Origin: Eubacteriales bacterium
GTDB taxonomy: Bacteria > Bacillota > Clostridia > Oscillospirales > CAG-272
Assembly: GCA_045128515.1 (NCBI GenBank)
Contig: JBGVRO010000010.1
Location: forward strand, 4,489 to 68,488
Direction: 5' to 3'
DNA: 64,000 nucleotides
Both the position numbers and the translations under genes were made by a program. This document shows positions 43,991 to 50,400 of the stretch, piece after piece; within the stretch, counting starts at the first letter, position 1; each line of letters begins with the position of its first letter. Under the pieces are notes generated by a model that was not told the DNA's origin, searched no databases, and was given only the letters and a program-made list of their open reading frames with translations.

Positions 43991-45202
43991 ATGGAAATAA
44001 AAAACAATAAAGTACTTAACATCATACTCAAGGTTGTAACGGGCTTACTGATAGCATTCACCGTATTCATTATGATCTTCACCGTCGTATCGGTTACCAC
44101 CCTTGACAAAAATGACCGTAACCTTTTCGGTTTCAGATTCTACATAGTACAGACCGACTCAATGAGTCCCTCTGAAAACAATGCTCATCTCGACGTTCAT
44201 TTCAGCGCAGGTGACATCGTTGTTATCAAGAACGTTAAGAATCCTACTAAGCTTGAGGCAGGAGATATCATTGCTTTTATCTCGACTAACAAGGTAAGCT
44301 ACGGCGAGACCGTAACGCATATGATCCGTAAGCCTACGGTTGATAAGGATGGCAGAACCTGTTACGTTACTTACGGTACTAACACTAATACTGATGATGA
44401 AGCGTGCGTGTATCCCGAGTACGTAATCGGCGAGTACGCAGGCAAGCTTCCCGGTGTCGGACACTTCTTCGCATTCGTTAAGTCCACCCCCGGTTACATC
44501 TGCTGTATTTTGATTCCTTTCCTGCTTCTCATACTTTATAACGGCGCTGACGTAATCCGCCTGTTCAGAAAGTACAAGAAGGAGCAGACCGCTATACTCG
44601 ATGCCGAAAAGGCTGAGATCGCCGCAGAGAGAGCGCGTAATGAGGAAATGCTTCGCGAGCTTCTTGCTCTTAAGAATCAGCTCGCAGGTAATGCTCCTGC
44701 CGAGGCACAGCCCACAGCGACTGCCGAAGCACCTGTCACAGAGACAGCGCCTGTCGTAGAAGCGGCTCCCACGGTTGAGGAGAAGCCCATGACAGAGGAG
44801 GAGATCGCTGCTCAGAAGAAGGCTGAAGCTGCTCGCAAGCGTAAGGAAACCCTCGCTCGCAAGAAGGCAGAGGCAGAGGCGGCAAAGCTCGCTGAGGAGG
44901 AGGCTGCACGTAAGGCTGCCGAGGAAGAGGCACAGCGTCTTGCTGATGAGGCTGCCGCACAGAAGAAGGCTGAGGCTGCTCGTAAGCGCAAGGAAACTCT
45001 TGCTCGTAAGAAGGCAGAAGCTGAGGAAGAGGCGGCACGTGTTGCTGCTGAAGAAGAGGCACAGCGCCTTGCTGATGAAGCTGCCGCACAGAAGAAGGCT
45101 GAAGCTGCTCGCAAGCGTAAGGAAACCCTCGCTCGCAAGAAGGCAGAGGCAGAGGCGGCAAAGGCTGCTGAAAACAATCCCGACGACAAGTCGGACACTT
45201 AA
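43991..45202 (+). CDS. sipW: Archaeal/ER-type (S26B, SipW-like) signal peptidase I with a ~210-aa Ala/Glu/Lys-rich C-terminal tail
   Basis: N-terminal TM, the Ser box VQTDSMSP, GDIVVI and GDIIAF boxes, the His box VTHMI and a second TM (YICCILIPFLLLILY). Three tail repeats of AAQKKAEAARKRKETLARKKAEAE follow. Confidence 0.8.
   Translation: MEIKNNKVLNIILKVVTGLLIAFTVFIMIFTVVSVTTLDKNDRNLFGFRFYIVQTDSMSPSENNAHLDVHFSAGDIVVIKNVKNPTKLEAGDIIAFISTNKVSYGETVTHMIRKPTVDKDGRTCYVTYGTNTNTDDEACVYPEYVIGEYAGKLPGVGHFFAFVKSTPGYICCILIPFLLLILYNGADVIRLFRKYKKEQTAILDAEKAEIAAERARNEEMLRELLALKNQLAGNAPAEAQPTATAEAPVTETAPVVEAAPTVEEKPMTEEEIAAQKKAEAARKRKETLARKKAEAEAAKLAEEEAARKAAEEEAQRLADEAAAQKKAEAARKRKETLARKKAEAEEEAARVAAEEEAQRLADEAAAQKKAEAARKRKETLARKKAEAEAAKAAENNPDDKSDT
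44807..45165 (+). repeat. Three tandem coding repeats (periods 144 and 129 bp) in the SipW tail
   Basis: Copies begin at 44807, 44951 and 45080. The first and third are nearly identical at the DNA level (gaagaaggctgaagctgctcgcaagcgtaaggaaaccctcgctcgcaagaaggcagaggcagaggcggcaaag). Confidence 0.85.
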
Positions 45203-45278
45203 TTTTGTTCTATCCGCTTCGGCGTTTAGATATTGTTTAGTTATTGGTCTTTAAAAATATAAAAAGGAGGAAAAAATT

Positions 45279-47252
45279 ATGACCAATTTAAAGGCAACTA
45301 AGAAGGCGTTGGTAAGCAGCGTTCTCGCGCTTGTTATGTGCTTTACAATGCTTCTTGGTACAACATTTGCATGGTTCACCGATTCTGTAACCAGCGCAAA
45401 TAACGTAATTCAGACCGGTACCCTCGACGTAGGATTCCAGTGGGCTGAAGGTAATGAAGATCCTTCTACCGCTACTTGGAACGATGTTGAAGGTGCACTC
45501 TTCAACTATGCTAACTGGGAGCCCGGTTATGCAGTAGCAAAGCATCTCAAGATTTCCAACAATGGTTCTCTTGGCCTTAACTACAAGGTTCGTATCTTCG
45601 CAAACGGCGTTGTTAGCGACCTTGCTGAGGTAATCGACGTTTACGTTGTAGCAGGTGCTGTTGATGCAATGGATCGTAACACTCTTGCAGGTCTTGAGCC
45701 CGTTGGTACTCTTACTCAGGTTCTTCTTGCAAGCGGCGCAGACGATGCTGAGAACGAAGCTGACATGGGCTATGATGTTAGCGAGCTTATCAAGGGTTCT
45801 CTTGATGTTGACGCAGACGATCACGTTTACACTCTCGTTCTTAAGATGAATGAGAACGCAGGTAACGAGTATCAGGATATGGATCTCGGCTGTACCTTCT
45901 CCGTTCAGCTCCTTGCAACTCAGATGGCAGCAGAAGAGGATAGCTTCGACAATCAGTACGATGCAGTTGTTCCCAACGAGGAAATTCCTGCAGCACTTGT
46001 AAGACCTCTTGATAATCTCTCTGTTGTAGTTGGCGAGCACGTTGATTACGGCGATATGAGTGGTAATCTTACTCTTGACACAGGCTACAAGTTCCAGCCT
46101 ACCGCATCGCTTGAGGATAATGAGAAGTCTCTGTACAGACATTGGATAGCAGATTACGTTGTCTATGCTGATGCAGACGTTCCCGCAAATTCCATGGCAC
46201 TTGCAGGTTACTACAAGTTATTCTGCGAAGGATTTAACGACGGTAACTGGATAGCACTTAGAGCTGAGGAAGATATCGCGGCAGGAACAGAGATTCGTCT
46301 TGTAGAGGCAATGGGCGGAGGAGATATTTTTGTATCTTACAAGGATATTTGCCAGTGGGGTGCTGACGGATATGGATTCCAGTGTGGCGCAGTTGACCTG
46401 ACCGGCGAGAACATGGGTACTACCATCACTGTTGAGCTTCGTATTTACGAGACAACAGCTGATTGGACTGATTCCCGCGCTTCCAGCGAAGAGACCGGCA
46501 ACTACATCACAATCGGCAAGTTCGAGTACACCTTTGGTGTTAACACCGCAGAGAAGCTTGAGTATGCTCTCACCAACAGTGGCGAGTACAAGCTCACCTC
46601 TGACATCGAGCTTGATGCAGACGATACTATCACCGTTCCTGCAGATGTAACTACCGTTATTGACCTTAACGGCTATACTATTACTGCAGTTTCCGATGAT
46701 GCAGACGAGAACGATGACGGCAAGCTCACTTCCGCTGATAACGAGGTTGCAATCGACGTGAGAGGTAATCTCACTGTTAAGAACGGAACAATCACCATGG
46801 AGCATAAGTCTGACAACTTTGGTTGGAACGCATGCACCGAGGTGTTCTACGTTGCATTTAACGGAACTCTGAATGTTGACAATGCAGTTATTGCAAACCT
46901 TGGCGGATCCGACATGGCGTATGCGATTGACATTGTAAACGCAACTAACGCAACCGTAAACGTAACTAATTCCACTCTCAAGTCCACATATATCCCCGTT
47001 CGTGTATTCAACAATGGCACCGGTATGAACCACGTAACCATTAAGAATACCAAGCTTGACGGTGTAAGCCGTGCTTTCTGGGTACATATTTATTCCAATG
47101 CGGATAACAGCGGCAAGGGAATTAAGGATGCAACTCTGGATCTTGATATCTACGGAAACGGCAATACCTTTATTGCAAAAGATCCCGCAAGAATCATTGA
47201 GTTTGGATTTACGGACGAAATCAACTTCGACGCAAACGGCAACCAGATTTAA
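45279..47252 (+). CDS. TasA-like N-terminal domain fused to a beta-helix passenger (657 aa)
   Basis: Signal ..LVMCFTMLLGTTFAWFTDSVTSANNVIQTGTLDV and domain end AGNEYQDMDLGCTFSVQLLATQ. The C-terminal half is rich in beta-helix-like N.T(V/I).N repeats. Confidence 0.8.
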   Translation: MTNLKATKKALVSSVLALVMCFTMLLGTTFAWFTDSVTSANNVIQTGTLDVGFQWAEGNEDPSTATWNDVEGALFNYANWEPGYAVAKHLKISNNGSLGLNYKVRIFANGVVSDLAEVIDVYVVAGAVDAMDRNTLAGLEPVGTLTQVLLASGADDAENEADMGYDVSELIKGSLDVDADDHVYTLVLKMNENAGNEYQDMDLGCTFSVQLLATQMAAEEDSFDNQYDAVVPNEEIPAALVRPLDNLSVVVGEHVDYGDMSGNLTLDTGYKFQPTASLEDNEKSLYRHWIADYVVYADADVPANSMALAGYYKLFCEGFNDGNWIALRAEEDIAAGTEIRLVEAMGGGDIFVSYKDICQWGADGYGFQCGAVDLTGENMGTTITVELRIYETTADWTDSRASSEETGNYITIGKFEYTFGVNTAEKLEYALTNSGEYKLTSDIELDADDTITVPADVTTVIDLNGYTITAVSDDADENDDGKLTSADNEVAIDVRGNLTVKNGTITMEHKSDNFGWNACTEVFYVAFNGTLNVDNAVIANLGGSDMAYAIDIVNATNATVNVTNSTLKSTYIPVRVFNNGTGMNHVTIKNTKLDGVSRAFWVHIYSNADNSGKGIKDATLDLDIYGNGNTFIAKDPARIIEFGFTDEINFDANGNQI

Positions 47253-47275
47253 TTAGGATCTTGTCGTAATTTGTC

Positions 47276-47297
47276 CCCAAGCCCCTCGGGGCTTGGG
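47276..47297 (+). other. GC-rich stem-loop without a U-tract, just after the 657-aa gene
   Basis: cccaagcccc-tc-ggggcttggg (10-bp stem). Confidence 0.6.
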
Positions 47298-47365
47298 CGG
47301 CAACAAAAGGGCATGAAGATTCCCTATATATAATATTAATGTAGCTTCCTGCCTTTTTGTTGTCG
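47298..47365 (+). other. Long-range 16-bp stem enclosing a 36-nt AT-rich loop, immediately upstream of the giant gene
   Basis: cggcaacaaaagggca (47298-47313) pairs with tgcctttttgttgtcg (47350-47365), with 14 Watson-Crick and 2 G-U pairs. Confidence 0.55.
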
Positions 47366-47400
47366 CAAATATAAAAAACATTTGAAAGGATTCACCGACA

Positions 47401-50400
47401 ATGAACCCCACCCAAAAATCATTTCTGACAAGCATCGTTGCTTTGGTGCTCTGCCTTACCATGTTCCTCGGCACAACATTTGCATGGTTCACCGACATTG
47501 TGGTAAGCGGCGGCAACATTATCCAGTCCGGTAAGCTCGATGCCGAGATGTATTGGTCTGACGAGTACCTTGCCTCCACCGACAGCGGTTGGACACAGGT
47601 TAAGGACAACAAGCCAATATTCACCTACGATAACTGGGAGCCCGGCTATACTGAAATTAAGTATATTAAGGTAGCAAATGCCGGCAACCTTAACTTCAAG
47701 TGGAAGCTTTCCATTGAGGCAGAGGGCAAGGTAACAGACCTCTCCGACGTTATCGACGTTTATTACGTTAATCCCGTAAACGGTGAGCTTACTAAACAGG
47801 CTCTTGCAGCACGCACTCCTGACGGAAAACTCACTGACGTTCTTGCAAACAAGACCGCTACCGAGGGCGATCAGCTTACTCCCGGCGGATCTGTTGTTCT
47901 CGCAATCGCGTTCCAGATGGATAAGCTTGCAGGCAACGAGTATCAAGAAAAGTCCCTTTGTGATAAGGGCTTCTCGCTTAAGCTCCTTGCAACTCAGGCA
48001 ACAGGCGAAAACGACAGCTTTGACGATCAGTACGACAAGGAGTCCGAATGGCCCGAAATTCCTTCCGCAGGAAACAACGCATCTGCTGACGTTCCTACCG
48101 ATGCGAACGGTGTTGTTACAACCGAAACTACCATTACCGGCAACGGTATGAGCGCAACCGTTCCTGCAGGTACTCAGCTTACCCAGGGCACAAACAAGCT
48201 GACTCTCAGCGTTAACAACGTAGAGGACAGCAAGGCAAACGTAACTCTTGCTGAAGGCGAGGAGCTTCGTGCTCTTGACGTACATATCTCCGGCGTAGCC
48301 GAGGGTAACACCACTCCTATTGCCGTAACTCTTACCGAGGCATTGCCCAAGGGTCTTAATATCGGTAACTACACCCTCCACCACGTAGAGGATGGACAGA
48401 CCGTTCCGATGACTCTGCTTGCCGACGGCGCAACTCCCGTACACAACAACTTCACCTACGATCCCGTAACAGGTGACGTAACCCTCTATATGGCATCCTT
48501 CTCGGAGGTTGACCTTATTGCAGAGCCTGCAAAGTGGGAGGGTAAAAGAGATTACTCTTGGTACACAAATGCTGTTGCTCCTGTTGACGGTGAGGCTGTA
48601 ACCGAGTACGTAATCGCAAACGCAGACCAGCTTGCAGCCTTCAGCGCAATCGTTGGTGGAATGGACGGTCAGACTCGCGACTCTTTCGTAGGTAAGACCG
48701 TAAAGCTCGTTGCCGACATCAACCTTGGCGACAAGGAAAGCGAAAATAACCCCGAAGTTATCTTCTATCCCATCGGCTACTACAACTCCGAGGGAACTTA
48801 TGAAAGAACTAACACCGCCATTACCTCCGGACTTAGAATCTTCGAGGGTACATTTGACGGTAACGGTCACACCGTTTCTAACTTCTACCACAACACATGG
48901 GAGATGAAGGGTGACCACGACTGGTATTCACCTGAAGAACAGTATTACCGCGACGGTATGGGTCTGTTCGGTCGTGTTTACAAGGGTACTGTAAAGAACC
49001 TTACTGTAAAGAACTTCTCCTCTGACGGTGAGATCGCAACCACAGGCGTTATCGCTGCTTATGCAGACGGCGCAACATTTGAAAACATCGCAATCTTCAA
49101 CTGTAATCCTCGCGTTTACAACATCGGTAACGGTGGTATTGTAGGCTGCGTTGGTTGGTATGCAAAGGATGCTGGTTTAACAACTACCTTTAAGAATATT
49201 ACAGTTGATAATTCTAACAAGATCTCCGCACTTTGGGGCTCTTATGACGTAGCTTGCGGCGGTATCGTTGGTCAGTACTATCCTACCAGCGGTCAGACCT
49301 CTGCAGGTACTCCCAAGAACGCAGGTATCTCCTTCGAGAACTGCCACGTTTCCGCAGTTATGGACGTTTATAACGACGTTTGCGCAAACTATCAGTACTA
49401 TGCTTACCGTTACACCGGTATGCTTATCGGTTCCGTTCGTGAGAATGTAACTATTGACGGTCACTCCTACCCCAAGATGGACGGCATCACAGCAAAAGAT
49501 TGCACCGTTCACTTCGGCACATGGAATGATTACTACTATTGTGAGATTATCGATAATACCACAGCATCTTATACCCACGATTATCAGATGAGCCGTCTTA
49601 CCGAGATCAAGGCCATCGATGGCACAACCATCACCTATCTCGACGGCACAACAGGTACCGTTCCTGCATCCGGCAGAGCCAACTACGTTATCGTTGACTA
49701 CACCAAGGGACACGGCACCGAGAACGCAACCTGCTATCACTTTAAGGATGGAGCAGTTTGGACTCACGATATGGGCGGTGCTCATGACGGCACCGACGGC
49801 GGAAAGATAATTGACGAGAACGGTGACGGTAAACCCGACCTCAGAGAAGATAAGCAGCACATCTACCTCGAATTCAACAACCTCGTAACCGGCTACGGCT
49901 GGGGTGTAACATCTAGAGGATTCAATAACCTCAACGGTGTTACTAATCTTGATATTCAGCAGGGCGAACAGGAATCTTCCGTTGAAAAGTTTGAGGATGC
50001 AGGATATACTCCTAAGGATTACAGACCTGGTGAAACAATCACGATCGGAGATCTCTTTAATGTAAAGGGTAATGCTGTTATCAACGGCAAGTCTGTATAT
50101 GTTTCTGTTTCTCCTGTAACTGAGGACGATAAGGTAAGCGCTACCTTCCAGCTCGATCCTGATGATTGGACAAAGAGCACTATCACCTTCGCGGCTGACT
50201 CTACCGGTACCGCAAAGGTAACTATTACAGATTATATCTTCTGTACTCCTACTACAATCTACCTTAACGAGGAAGAAGCAAAAACAAAGTTTACTGCAAA
50301 TAGTGTTTCTGCACAGGAAGCATATACACAGATTACTCTTAGCACCATCTTTGGTGTTAAGAACGGTGCAACAATCGGTAATGTTACCGCGACTGTAACT

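Noticed and set aside
44590-45202. Long antisense ORFs (44736-45161 and 44812-45198, minus strand) and an alternative-frame ORF (44940-45254) over the SipW tail repeats.
   Set aside because: They are artefacts of the GC-rich GCN/GAR/AAG repeat, which is open in several frames. Only the plus frame is contiguous with the signal-peptidase domain and its RBS.
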